Source: Lama guanicoe (Eukaryota). From it: 64,000 bases of DNA. The stretch is taken from positions 681,537 through 745,536 of the forward strand of contig MU054204.1 in assembly GCA_013239625.1 (NCBI GenBank). The letters run 5' to 3'. This document shows positions 12,801-26,500 of this stretch, piece by piece (the first letter of the stretch is position 1; the number at the start of each line of letters is the position of its first letter). The notes under the pieces were generated by a model. The model was not told where the DNA came from. It did no database searches and was given only the letters and a program-made list of their open reading frames with translations. Position numbers and translations under genes: made by a program.

Positions 12801-15800
12801 TGCTTTCTTAACCCCCTTGAGGCTGAGGCAGGGGGTACTTGCTCAAGCCACAAGGATATCCCTACATAGGGGGATGGAGGAGGAGGGAGAGGAGGGAGAG
12901 AGGGGAAGGAGAGAGGGAGGGGAGCAAGGTAATGAACCAGGAGGCCAGTGAGCAGGGAAGGAAATGAGCCAGAGAGGGAAGCAGGGAGCAAGGGAGAGAG
13001 TGAGGGAGGAGGAAGGGAAAGAGGAAGAAAGGGAACAAGAAGGCTAGGGAGCAAATGTGGAAAGGGAAGGAGGGAAAGAAGGAGCCAGGGAGGGAAAGAG
13101 GATGGAAAGGAGCGAGTGAGAGTGGGTGGGAGAAAGAGATCAAGGAAGTGAGTAAGAGGGAGAGGGAGCTGAGCAGAGAAGGAGTAGGGAGTGAGAGAGA
13201 GCAAGGGAACCATGGAGCAAGTGAGTAGGGAAGGAAGAGAGCCAGAGCAGGGAAACGGGGAGAAGCAGAGGGAGGAAGAAGAGAGAGAAGGGGCAGAAAA
13301 GGAAGAAGGAGACAGGGAAGGAGGGTGGGAGGGAGTAATGGTGGGGGATTGTCATGGTGCCAGGGTACCATGGAACAAGAGTAGGAGATAGGGAGGGAAG
13401 GAGCAAGCAAGAGGGGAGAGAAAGAATAAGCAGAAAAGGAAGGGGGGAGGGGAGATGGAGGAGGGCAAAGGGGAGAGCGAAATAGAAGGGAGGAGAGCAG
13501 AAATCAGAGGAGCAACACAGAGGAGAGGGAGGGAGGAGAGAGGGAAATAGGATGGGAAAAAGGGAAGAGCATTACCATGGGAAGGAGAGAAGAAAGTAAA
13601 CAAGGGAAAGGGAGAAAGGGAGGGAGGGTGGAAGGAAGAAGAATGGGGTGGGAGGGTGGGAAGATGGCAGGGAGGGAGGAAGGCACAGACAGTGAGGGAT
13701 GGAACCACGGTGGAGGGAGCAGGGCATGGAAGGAGGGAGCAAGTGAGAAGGGGAGGGAGGGAGTGAGAGAAGGGTCCAGAAAGGGGGAAGCGGGAGAAGA
13801 GCAATAGAGAGTGGGTGGGTGCAATGGACGGAGGGAACCCAGTATGGAGTGAGTGAGTGTACAAAGTAGGGATTGAGGGATGGAGGGAGGGATTGAAAGA
13901 AGGCTGGAGGGAGGAAGGGAGCTAGGGAGCAAGAGCAGAAGTGGAGTGAGGGCAGAAGTGGAGTGAAGGCAGAAGTGGAGTGAAGGCAGAAGTGGAGTGA
14001 GGGCGGAAGTGAAGACATAAGTGGAGAGAGGGCGCAAGTGAGAAGGCACAAGTGGCAAGAGAGGGAGGCAGGTAAGGAGCAAAGAAGGGGGATTGGAATT
14101 AGAGAGGGAGGTTCTGACCTAGGTAGGAGCTAGAGTGAAGGAGAGATGGAAGGAGGGAAGCAGAAAGTCATTTGGAGATAGAGCTGACAAGAGAGCACAA
14201 AAACAAACCCACAGTTCTGGTACTCAATAAAAGTTGCTATTTCTCTGCTCCTAAACCTCAAGGCTTTATACAACTTGCCTATCTGAAGGAAAAATGAGAG
14301 TTGAACAAGCTCATTTAGTATCTAAGGAAGAGGAAAGAATCAGGTAAGTTAGACGGATTATACTTATGAAGGAAAGGTCAGCTACTTGCTTTTCTACTGC
14401 TACTTCAAAAATAAATAATTTACATGGACTCACTACATTCTACACCAGGCCATTTTCTTTTAAATGTCTCAAGCACCTAGATTTGGAAATGCTTTCTTAT
14501 GTATACAGCTCAAGACTCCACTAGACAGAGATGGAGTTGGCAGAAGTAGAAAGGGGGGTGAGGGGAGAGAATTGTGGTCCAGAAGGAAATTTTAAAAAGA
14601 ACAACCCACTTAACTGGGCACATGCCTACAACATACACACATCTTCAAAGAGGAAATGGGAGAACTTTGTTAATGCCAGGAAACAAATATACCACCATTT
14701 GCACCCAACACCAGCTTCCCCGCTAAGGAAGACAGACAAAAAATTGGTAGGAAAACTTGTGTGCACAATGTACACACATGTATGTATATGTATACACACA
14801 TATATAATATGTACACATGCATACATATATTCATATGCATGCATATATACACCCACATATACGTACATATGTAAATAGATGTACATACATATATATCTGG
14901 CTTCGATAGAAACCAATTGATTAGTTTTCTCCAGATACTATGGAGTCAGGCTCACCTCAAATTTTGCTGCAATCAGAAAAGCAGTGACACCAAGGAGTTG
15001 TAGCTCGTCCTTCTTGCATATTACCTCCATAAGGTAGTGATCCACAAACTTCACTGCCAAGTACAGGGTCTCGTGGCTCATCTCAAATGTAATCTGGAGG
15101 AATACACAAACAGGACAGGAATCTGCATATCGTTCAACTCCAAAGCCACAGCCAGATAGGTCTAACTGTCTGGTCTGTGGCATTGGAGACAGTGGAGCTG
15201 CTAAGACCTGGCCAGCCAGCTGAAACTCAGCTATGAATGCCAGAACTGCTTCAGCTAGGTGCCTGGCTATATCTCTTGTGTCTTTGAGGACCCTGGCATT
15301 ATCTATCCCTACACTTCTGGGTAAGTGACCAATCTTACATCAGGAGAGATGCTCTGCCTTCTCTGTGAGCATCTGGAGTGAACACACCCTCTCTCCTTGA
15401 TCTCTAAAACTTAGATTCTTGCTTTCCCCATTTGCTACCTGTAGCGTAAACCCTGCCAGCTGGCTTTTCTTTCTGTAATGCAAGTGCATGACTTAAGGTT
15501 TGATTGCCAAGATATCCACTTCAAAGAGGCATCCACTTCAAGGATGGCTATCTCCAATGAATGCACTGCCAGCCACAAGACTAGATAAAGAGCCAGGCCA
15601 CCTCCCTCACTGACACTGCTTTGTTTTAGGGATCTTGGTTGGTTTTGATAACTGACCATTTGGGCTGATTTTTTTTCTCTTCCCAGGCTTTAAATTCCTG
15701 CTTTTATGCTTTAAATTAACCCGTAAAGAGTGAGCCACAGAGACCCTAGGCTCCCACCCTCGGCCCAGTAAAAGCAGAATAACCCCCTGGCCCCCATGCT

Positions 15801-18800
15801 CACTTGCATGTACACACTCTCTCTGTCCCCCTCTCCCCAACCTCACTGTGTGGCCCCAGGTGTGCTGTATAATTTCCAGCTCCCATAAGTAATAAACCTT
15901 TATTTTTTTTCAAAGTTTCCTGATGGTTATTGCTGACGGGCATCTCACTATCATAATAAGAACCACAAGGGCTCGTTCAGCCACAACACTGGCTATTGAT
16001 AGGCTGAGACCAGCACAAAACACGACTACCTTATACAGTAAACTCCCCAAAGAGATTTTTATTTATCTCTAAAATGCAGAGACCTGTTTACTAGCTTACT
16101 CATTCATTAGTTTCTCTTCCCAACTAGATATGCTATTAGAATATCTAGATTGAGAGCAAGTACCAATAGCACCATTTGGAAGTTAGCTGAGGTGCTGGAG
16201 GCCAGAATGAGATCAAAGCATTAGTAGTATAACCCCTTCCCTTCTTTCTCTTATTTATTCTTGTTCTTGCCTTCTCAAACTCCAAGAAACCATCTCCTAT
16301 AGCCTTAGTACCAAAGTTAGTGCTGGCCCATACAGCATCTTTGTGCAAATGCAAAATAAGGTGTCTCTTTGGTGAATGCAGCCCTGCAGGCACACATTTA
16401 TCAAGTAGGCAATACTTTTATATAAATTAGCAAAAGGTGCCCGTGCCTCAGGGCACAGCAACCCCACAGCCAGAAGCCACAGCTTAGCAAACAGTATGAT
16501 TTGGATTACATTGCCTGCTTTTGCTTTGGCTAGAAGCTGTGTGTAGGCACAGTTTGCACTGTACACAGGGGTCCTACCCAATCCTCAGTGGTGATTCCTC
16601 CTCACCCTTACGTTCTTAGGATTCAAAAACAATAAAATCTATACTAGTCCAACACCTTAATCAATGGATGAATCCTCTCTTTAATGTCTCCACCAAATAG
16701 TTGTTCAGTTCCTGCCAAAGAACCTCCAAGTACAGCCAGATTTCTCTTTGAATGTTTTTAACAGAAGATTCTTCCTTCTGCTGAGTAGAAATCATCCTCA
16801 CTATAAACTTCACTTACCTGATTGGACCTCCTTTTGCATTGGCTACTCTTATTGACTGGAGCCTAGATGACCAAAAAGTAGGTCCATAAGAAGCACTGGA
16901 GAAATAGATGTATATTTGCATAGGCAAATTATCAGAAGATGCTTGAAGACATTGGTTTAGCAACAGATATACTACATTTATCAATAACAGAAATACCAAG
17001 AAGCCATTCTTACTGTTCTTGGGATATGGCCTTGGATCATCTCATAAATCTGTCTTCTTTAGTTTCCTATTGCTTCTGTAATAAATTACTATACATTTAG
17101 TGGCTTAAAACAGCACAATTTCATTACCTTACAGATCTGGAGGTCATAAGTCCAAGGACTCACTGGGCTAAAAAAATCAAAGTGTTAGCAAGGCTATGTT
17201 TCTTTCTGAAGGTCCTAGAAAAGAATCCTTTTTTAGCTTCCAGAAGCTTCCCACATTCTTTGGTCTGTGGTCCCTTCCATCTTCAAAGTCAGCAATGGCT
17301 AGCCAAATCTTCCTCACATTGCATCACTCTACACCTCCCTCTTCCACATTTAAGGACCCTTGTGATTATAATCAGGCCCACTTGGATAATCTGGGATAAT
17401 CACCCTATCTTAAATTCAGCTGATGATAATCTTAATTCCAGAGTCTAATTTCCCTGTGGCATATAAGGTAATACATTCACAGGTTCTGGGGATTAGGTTG
17501 CGGACATTTTATTCTGCCTACTATATTTTCCAAAGGGATGTCATAAGAAAGGTATGAGAAGAGTTCATGCAGATGAAGAGAAATGACTATCACCTTTAAG
17601 TATGAAGAAATTGAGGTTGGGGTGGAGGGCAGGCAATAGGTCAGTGGTAGAGTGCATGCTTAGCATGCACAAGGTCCTGGGTTCAATCCTCAGTACCTCC
17701 ATCAAAAAAAAATCAACATAATCCACCATATCAATAGTCTAAAGCCACAAAAATCAAACCAATAGATGCAAGGGAAAAAGCATTTGAGAAAATTAACATT
17801 ATCATGATAAATATGTATCATCAAACTAGGAATTATCAAAGGTATCTACAAAAACTCTACAGTTAAGATCATACTAATGGTAAAAGCTAACTGCTTTCTT
17901 CCTAAGATCAGGAACAAAGCAAGGCTGTCCACTCTTACTGTTCCTATCAACATCATAATGAAGTACTGCACAGTGCAATAAAACACAAAAATGAAGTTAA
18001 AAGCACACAGTTTGGAAAGGAATTAAACTGTCCCCATTTGCAAATGGCATAGTGTCTGTGTAAATAATTTCAAGAAATCTACCAAAAAAGAACACCTAAG
18101 AATTAATAGGTGAGTTTTAGCAAGGTCATAGAGTACAAGGTCAACATACCAATATCAGTATTTCATACTGCCAGTATATAAATGGAAACCTGAAATTTTA
18201 AAAATACCATTTACAATAGTTCCAAAAAAAGAAAATATTTTGGTATAAATCTAATATGTACAGGATCTGTATGGTTAAAAAAAGAAATCAAAGAAAATCT
18301 AAATAAATGAGAGGCATACCACATTCATGAGTTGGAAGATTCAACGAAGACAAGAAGTCAGTTCTACTCAAATTCACCTATAGATGCGTGTCAGGGGTAC
18401 CCAGGACCACTGCCAGTGATTTCTAGGATGACTCACAAGACTCAGTATGTAGTTATATACATGGCAATTATTTATTATAGCAAAAGATACAAAGCAAAAT
18501 CAGCAAAGGGAAAAGGAGCATGGGCAAAGTTTGGTGAAAACTGGAAGTAAGCTTCCAAGAGTCCTGTTCCAGTAGGGTCTCTCAGGATGTACTTAATTCC
18601 TCCAGCAACGAGATATAACAAGACATGTAAAGTATTGTCTACCAGGGAAGCTCATTAATGACTTGGTGCCTGAGACTGAATTGGGATCTGGCCACATAAA
18701 CACTCTGCCTCACATGTACCAAAACTCCAGACTCCCAGAAGGAAAGCAAGTGTTCAGAATAAACCACATTGTTTGTACAAAGAGTTTAGGCACAGTTATC

Positions 18801-21800
18801 ATTAAAGGAGAGTTTTACAGCAGTGTAGGAAACTGTTTACCAGTCAAGTTCCCAGATGCCAGCCAAAGGCCAACCTTGCAAACAGGCCTTTCTAGGGATA
18901 GCAGTACCATGCCTGCTACGTTAACTCTTTTCTGCACAAGATAGAATTCGATTTCAATCAAACTCTTAGCAGGATTTTGTTTTATAGACATGGACAAACT
19001 AATTCTAAAATTTATCTAAAGAGGCAAAGACACTAGAATAGCTAAAAGAATTTTGAAAAAAAATACAGAGTTAGAAGAATCATGTTACCTAGTTTTAAGA
19101 CTTATTATAAAACTACAGAAATAAAGAATGATGTTGGCAAAAGGATAGACACAGGGATCGATGGAACAGAATATTGAAGTATAGAAATAGACCCACACAA
19201 ATAAGACCAATTGATTTTTGGCAAAGGTGCAAAAGCAGTTTAGTGGAGAAAGTAAATTTTTCCACAAATGGTGTTAGAACAATTAGACAATCATATGCAA
19301 AACAATGAACTTTGACTTCAAGACCTTCATACCTTATACAAATTTAACTCAAAATGGATTATAGATTTAATGTTAAAGCTATAAAACTTTTAGATAAAAT
19401 GTTGAAGAAAATATTCATGACCTAAGTTTAAGCAGAGTTCTTAGACATGACACAGAAAGCATAATCCATAAAGAAAACATTGAAAAATTGGACTTTATCA
19501 AAATGAATATCCAGAATATGTAAAGAACTCTCATAACTTGACACAAAGAAGCCAACCTACTCATTTTGAAACTGGGCAAAACCTTAGAAACTTCACCAAA
19601 GAGCATATACTGATGACGAAGAAGTATGATGTTCAACACTATTTTAGCCCTTGAAGAAATGCAAATTAAAACTATGGTGGGATTCCTCTATACATCTATA
19701 TGGCTAAATTCAAAAAAAAAAAACCCAACAATACCAAGTGCTGACAAGGATGTAGAGCAACTAGAATTCTCATAGGTGTCAGGGGAGAACACAAGATGAT
19801 ATAGTCACTCTGTAGCAGTTTCTCATCAAGTTAAACATACATTTAGTATATGACCCAGCAACCCCACTCCTGGGTATTGACATTGGAAATGGAAACTTAT
19901 ATTCACATAAAACCCTGTTCATTAATGTTTATACCAGTTATTTGTACAGTTTTAGAAACTGGAAACAAACCAAATGTCCTTCAGTGGGTGAATGGCTAAA
20001 TAAACTATGGTAAACATACCATGGAATACTACTCAGCAATAAAAAGGAATGAACTATTGATACACACAGCTTGGATAGATCTCGAGGGAATTATGGTGAG
20101 TGATAAAAGTCAATCACAAAAGGTTACCTACTGCATGATTCCATTTATATAACAATCCTGAAATTATAAAATTTTAGAGGTGGAGGAACAACTTAGAAGT
20201 TTCCAGGGACAAGAAGGTGAGGGGAGGGAGACAGCTGTGGCTATAAAAGGCTAAAATGAGGAATCCTTCAGGTGATGGAACAGTTCTGAGTCTTAAATGT
20301 GGTGGTGGTGCTTATGAAATTTACAAGTGTGATAAAATTACATAGACTAAACATACACACAAATAAGTGCACGTAAACTGGAAAATTTTAAATAAGGTCT
20401 CCAGACCTTGATTTTGACACTACATTAGTTATGCAAAATGTTACCACTGGGAGAAACTAGGTGAAGGGTACACAGGACCTATCTCTCTATACTATTTTTT
20501 ACAACTTCTTGTGAATCTATTATTTCAAAACATTGTTAAAATTTCATAGACCTGTATGCCAAAAGTCAATTTTACTAATTATTTTAAAATATAAAAATCA
20601 AAGTTATAAAAACACTATAAATAATATCACCATTTCCAGAACTGTGATTCTCCATTCAAAGGTATACACTAGCATCACTTGAAGAGCTTTAAAAAATGTG
20701 TGTCCTGGGACACACCCCCACAATTCTAATTTGGTACATCTGGGATGGGATGTGGGCATCTCTGATTCTGTGATCTGTGCACTAAAGATGCACCCCTAGT
20801 AAATAACCACCACTTTAAAAGTGGGGGGATAATATACACACATGAATGCTAACACTGTCTGTAAGTTGTGGGATCACAAGTAATTATAATTTCTTACTTG
20901 GCTATAATAAATGTGAATTTTTGTGCAATAAAAATAACAAAAAATAACTTTAAAAAAAAGATTCGGGGCATCATTCTAGCTGGTAGAGATATTTTATCTA
21001 TTATCCATGTATTTCCTAACCCTACTCCCAGTCTCATGTCATCTGTGAATTTGGTAAGTCTCTGTTCTCATCTACATCACTAATAAAAATGTTGATGAAA
21101 ACAAAGTCCATGGCAGTCTACTAGAACTCTCTTTTTCACTTGATGACGAGCAGTAATCTTTGTGGTCAATTTTACTTATTTAAGATCTACTCAAATTCTA
21201 CTCTTAACCAATTTACTATTCTTCATCATTTCCATAAAATGAGAGACATTTTCATGCTTTGCTGATGTTCAAGTATACCATGACTACCACATTTCTCTAG
21301 TCTGTCACTCCAAAGTGAGCCTGAACCACTCCTCTGGTACTTACAGAATATTAAACTATATTACGTCTTCTTCCCAATTACATAGTTAAGACTCCACTGG
21401 GCACAGGCTATGCCTTATAATTCCTTGCAAATTCCATTCCATTCACTCAACAAATATTTATTGACACCTACTACATCCAAGTACAATTGTGGGCTAAACT
21501 TCCTTAGTGTAAAGTGATAATTAAGTATTGACAGCAGTATACGCTCAACATCCAACCCTGGAAAAATATCCAACTGCCATGTTTGGTGCAACACTGTCCT
21601 TATTATCCATCCCATCCCAAGCTTGAAGGACTTTGTCACTGAGCCTTATCCAAACCATTAGATATACTTTTACGGGATTTTGAGGACCATATCATTGTCT
21701 TTTCTAGAAATAGCTCTCCTTCCACTAGGTTCTCACAGTGTCTTATTAATAACATTCTTAGAGTACTTAGTATATTCTACTTTGTATTGTACTTATCAGT

Positions 21801-23464
21801 CTACATGTCTTATCTTGCCCCAAGGTCATAAGCTCCCTGAGGACAGGAATCATGGCTTATTCCGCTCTGTAGACCCAGTAAATTTTTACTGTTTGGTACC
21901 TGGCAATGCTGAATGAATAATTGATCAAGAGAAGAGCAGTTCTTTAAGGCAGCAGTTGTCAGGCTTACCTGCACCTCCACCAACCAGTCCACAAGAATGG
22001 CCCTCATGTCACTGTCGATGTCAGTCTGCCTGTTCATGTATTTTTTAAGTATGAACTTTTCCTGGCAGCAAGAAGAAAGAGATGGTAACAAACGAAACTC
22101 TTCTTGTAGTTCAAAAATTGCAACTTTGGAAAAAATATTCGCAACTAGTATCTCAGAAGAAAATTATAACAAGTGACTTCTTCCTGATTCTAATTCATTA
22201 CTTTCAACTGGCCTCAGATAGGGGCTGATCAAAGTATCCTTTTCCAACCAAGTTCTAGCTATCCGTGGACACACAAAATAGTCAAGGGTCAGGGTGGATA
22301 TTGAGGAGTCCCAGGGAATATGGAATATTGGCAGGAACACACTTATGACTATAGATAAATACCAAAGAGGTTCTGCTCCCTTTTTTGCAATTCAGTTTAA
22401 AGTCCAATACCATGCTGTGTAGAAGAGCCCTTCTCAAACTTTAACATGCATAAGTTAAAGATACTTGGGGATCTTTAAAATTCACATTGTAATTCAGAAG
22501 GTCTAGGGTGAGGCTGGGTTTTTGCGTTTCTAACAAGATCCCAAGTGAAATCAATACTGCCAAGCTAAGGCTGGCATTTTTAGTATAGCAAACTTATCTC
22601 TTGCTTCCTCCAAGGTATACCAAAAAAAAGTGCAGGCTCTGGAGTCAGTTAATCTATCACTGTCTCTAGAGAGAAGATGAGATATTCATCCTTCCTCTTA
22701 TACATGGCCTGCTAAAATTCTAAATTCTAGTTAGTAGATAATTTTGGTCCCATCTGCTCCACTGAGAGACAGAAGAAAATTTGAAATTGATGAATATTAG
22801 TGGTAAAGGAGACTGGCAGATTTCAAAGGAGAAAGAAAATTTCACCAGATTGGAGAGCTGGAACAAAGGGCTTCGTTTTATATATGATGCCAGAAATTTG
22901 CGTAGAGAAGGGAAAAGATCTCTCAGAGCAAAGTCTCAGAAGGAGACTACTTGATCATTTCTGTGTCTGAGATTACCTCCTCAGCAATTAGAGGTGCAGG
23001 CTTATGGTCTTCAAGGTAATCAGACTTTAGTTCATATCCCAGATCAACCACATACTAGTTGTGTGACTGAGGAGTTTCTCTCAACTCTAAAAGGGAGATA
23101 ATGACACCTACCATTATGAAGTTATTGGGAGAACTAAATAAAATAATATACATACATCCCTTAGCACAATGTTTAACTCACAGTAAGATACCAGTAGATG
23201 TCAGTTTCTGCTATTATTATTTTCATCATCATTATTACCTTAAATGTGATGAGGAAATGAGAACTAGAAATCATTACCCCTCGGCCCCACCACCTACACA
23301 CCTCTCTCTCCTTCATATAACTGAAGATATCCTTGGCATACACTGAGTTGAAATGTGGATCATTGTGGTCCTTGTCAGTATCCTCCAGGGGGGTCATCTG
23401 CTTGGAAATCACCAAAATGACACATTAGGAGATTAGGAGAAAGATTTCCAGGAAAGCTTAACAG

Positions 23465-23503
<39 letters not shown>

Positions 23504-26500
23504 TGCCTCCTTTCTTCCCACTGTCATCTTCTGCTAAGGTTCCTCAAGCCTCATATGTCCTTGGCCATAACAGAGCATCCCTTGGCCCTATAATCCTCAT
23601 ACTGTTGAGTAACAAGAAATGCTTAGTCTGCCTTGTACACGCCTGCTCTTCCCAGAGAACCAGGCACTATTTTTACAGCTGAGGTCAAGATTCTCCAAGA
23701 AAGACATTCTTATTTCACTCTTTCAGCTTATGTCACCTGTCTTCTTAGGTCCCTTGTTATGTCTCAATGCTTTGATCTGGCCCAATTCATCTTCTCAGTA
23801 TTTTCCTCCCTTCTCCACCTTTAACCAGGTTGTTTTGCCTACAAGAGAAGTCTTTCTCCTCCTGCTTGCCAAATCTCATCCCTTAATCCTTCCAATTCAC
23901 AATTTAAAAACCATCTTCCTTGGAAAATGCCTCTGTGAACTTAACTCATCTTTGGCTAAGGGCCAATGTAACACAGATTGCAACTACTAAGAAAGGCAAC
24001 TTCCTTAAAGAAATTGTCTAACCACTACTGCAAAGTACGCGCACGTGCGCACACACACACACACACACACACAGTATTCCAGACCCTTGAGGGTATTCCT
24101 GGAACAGATATTTTCTAATTGATCAGGTATATCACTATACCAATCAGGAAGCCAACTTGATTTACTATAGCTTACTATATACAACTCAATTGCTTAAGGC
24201 AAAAAAACAAAAACAAAAACAAAAACAAAAAACAAAGAATCTCTGCTAGCAGCCACCCCAGGACAAAAAAGAACACTCCATCTAATTTAAGAAGAAAGAA
24301 AGCAGAATACCTCCTTCTGTGATTTCTTGTCCTGAGGTGAGAAAGGCTTACTGGAACTGAATTCACAAGCACTGGACTTGCTCATGGTACTAAACTTGCC
24401 CACATTGGACATGGTGACAGTGCTGGACATGCCTGTTCTAGCTTCAGGGGCAGTGGTAGATACATGTGGGCTGGTTTCAACTTGGAGGATCGAGAAATCT
24501 TTGAGAGACGTGTCTTCCTTGTGAGTGAGATTCTCTTGCAAGGCCAATGGCTCCTTGATGAGGGTCTCCTTACTCCTGGGATTTTCCTGCAAGTCCAAGG
24601 ACTCCCTCAGGATGGTCTCCTTTTCAATGCTGGGCTTCTCCTGCAAGGCCTGTGGCTGCTTAATAAGGGACTCCTCTTCACTGGTGATGTCCTCTTGCAA
24701 GGCCAACTGCTCCTTCAAGAGGAGGACCTCTCCCTGGGCAGTGGGCTTCTTCTTTAAAGATAATTGCCTCTCTGTGCTCGTTGAGACTTCAGTGGAGAGC
24801 TCTTCCTTCAGAAACAATGGTTTCTTGAAAAGGGATTCCTCTTCCATGGCGCTTTCCTCCGGCAAAGTCAACAGCTTCTTCAAGGAGCCCTCTTTGGTAT
24901 CAGTCTTCTTCTCCAAGGTCAAAGCCTTACAGAGGAGGGCTTCACCATTGTTGGTAGGTTTAACATGCGGTGAAAATGGTTCCTGAAAGGGGAATTCCTC
25001 CTCAGTGGTAGGCTTCTCCTCCAAGGTCAGTGGCTCCTTAATATGAGATTCTTCTTCGGTAGTGATCTTCTCCTGTAAGGTCAATGGCTTCTTTGAGTGG
25101 GACACATCCTGCAGAGTAGTAGGCTTCTCTTTCAGTACAGATGGATCCTGGAAGAGGAACTCCTCTTCAGTTGTAGACTTTTTTTTTAAGAACAACAGCT
25201 TCTTAGACAGTGACTCCTTTTCAGGGGTGGTCTTCTCTGTGATCAGTGGCTTCTTTAAAAGGAACATCTTCCCCTGAGCAATTTGCTTATTTTTTAAAGA
25301 TAATGGTGTCTTGGTAAGAACTGCCTCATCAGTTGAAGACTTCTTCCGAAATGACACTGACTCCATAGAGAAGGAACCTTTACCTTCTGCAATTATATTC
25401 TGCAAGTCCAACAGTTCTTGGCAGATGGGTGCCATTATTGGAATGATACACATTTTTTTCTTTAAAGATAATGGCTCATTGGCACAGTCTGCCACATTTG
25501 TGGTATGTTTCTTCCAAAAGGACACTGGCTCCATAAGAAATTCATCTTTACCATCAATATTCTCCTCCAATGCCCATGGCTTCTTCAAGACAGCCACATC
25601 CTCCTGAGTGGTGTGCTTTTCTTGCAATGCCAATTGTTCCTTGACGAGGGACTCCTCCTCAGTGGTAGGCTCCTTTTTAAAGGATAATGGTTCCTTAATG
25701 AGTGACTTCTCTTCAGAGGTGACTGTCTGTAATACTGGTGGCTTCATGAAGTGGCACACCTTCCCATGAGTGGTACACTTCTCCTTCAAAGTTAATGGCT
25801 TTTTGGTGGAGGTTGCCTCCTCAATGGTATGCTTCTTGAAAGCCAAAGGCTCCTTTAAGAGTGACTCTTTTTCATGAGTTGGAGTCTTTTGCAAGACCAA
25901 GGGCTTCTTTAAGATAGATGCCTCCTCTTCTTGAGTGGTGTGCTTCTCCTGCAATACAGATGGCTCTTGGAAAAGGGACTCCTTAGGGATAGGCCTTTTC
26001 TGAAAAGATAATGGCTCCTTAACGAATGACTTCTCTTCAGAGGTGATTGTCTGTAATACTGGTGGCTTCAGGAAGCAGCACACCTTCCCGTGAGTGGTAC
26101 ACTTCTTCTTCAAAGGTAATGGCTTTTTGGTGGAGGTTGCCTCCTCAATGGTATGCTTCTTGAAATCCAAAGGCTCCTTTAAGAGTGACTCTTTTCCAAA
26201 AATTGGAGACTTTTGCAAGACCAAGGGCTTCTTTAAGGTAGACTCTTCCTCTTTAGTGGTGTGCTTCTCCTGCAATACAGATGGCTCTTGGAAAAGGGAC
26301 TCCTTAGGGATAGGCTTTTTCTGAAAGGATAACGGCTCCTTAACGAATGACTTCTCTTCAGAGGTGATTGTCTGTAATACTGGTGGCTTCAGGAAGTGAC
26401 ACACCTTCCCGTGAGTGGTACACTTCTCCTTTAAGGGTAATGGCTTCTTGGTGGAGGTTGCCTCCTTAATGGTATGCTTCTTGAAAGCCAAAGGCTCCTT

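Noticed and set aside
12752..14082. Overlapping 150-190-aa L/P/S-rich ORFs
   Set aside because: By-product of the GA/CT low-complexity tract, which lacks stop codons.
629..16026. Full provirus bounded by the two related LTRs
   Set aside because: The intervening 14 kb contains CCNB3 exons and L1, with no gag/pol/env or primer-binding site; flanks differ and the LTRs are clearly diverged.
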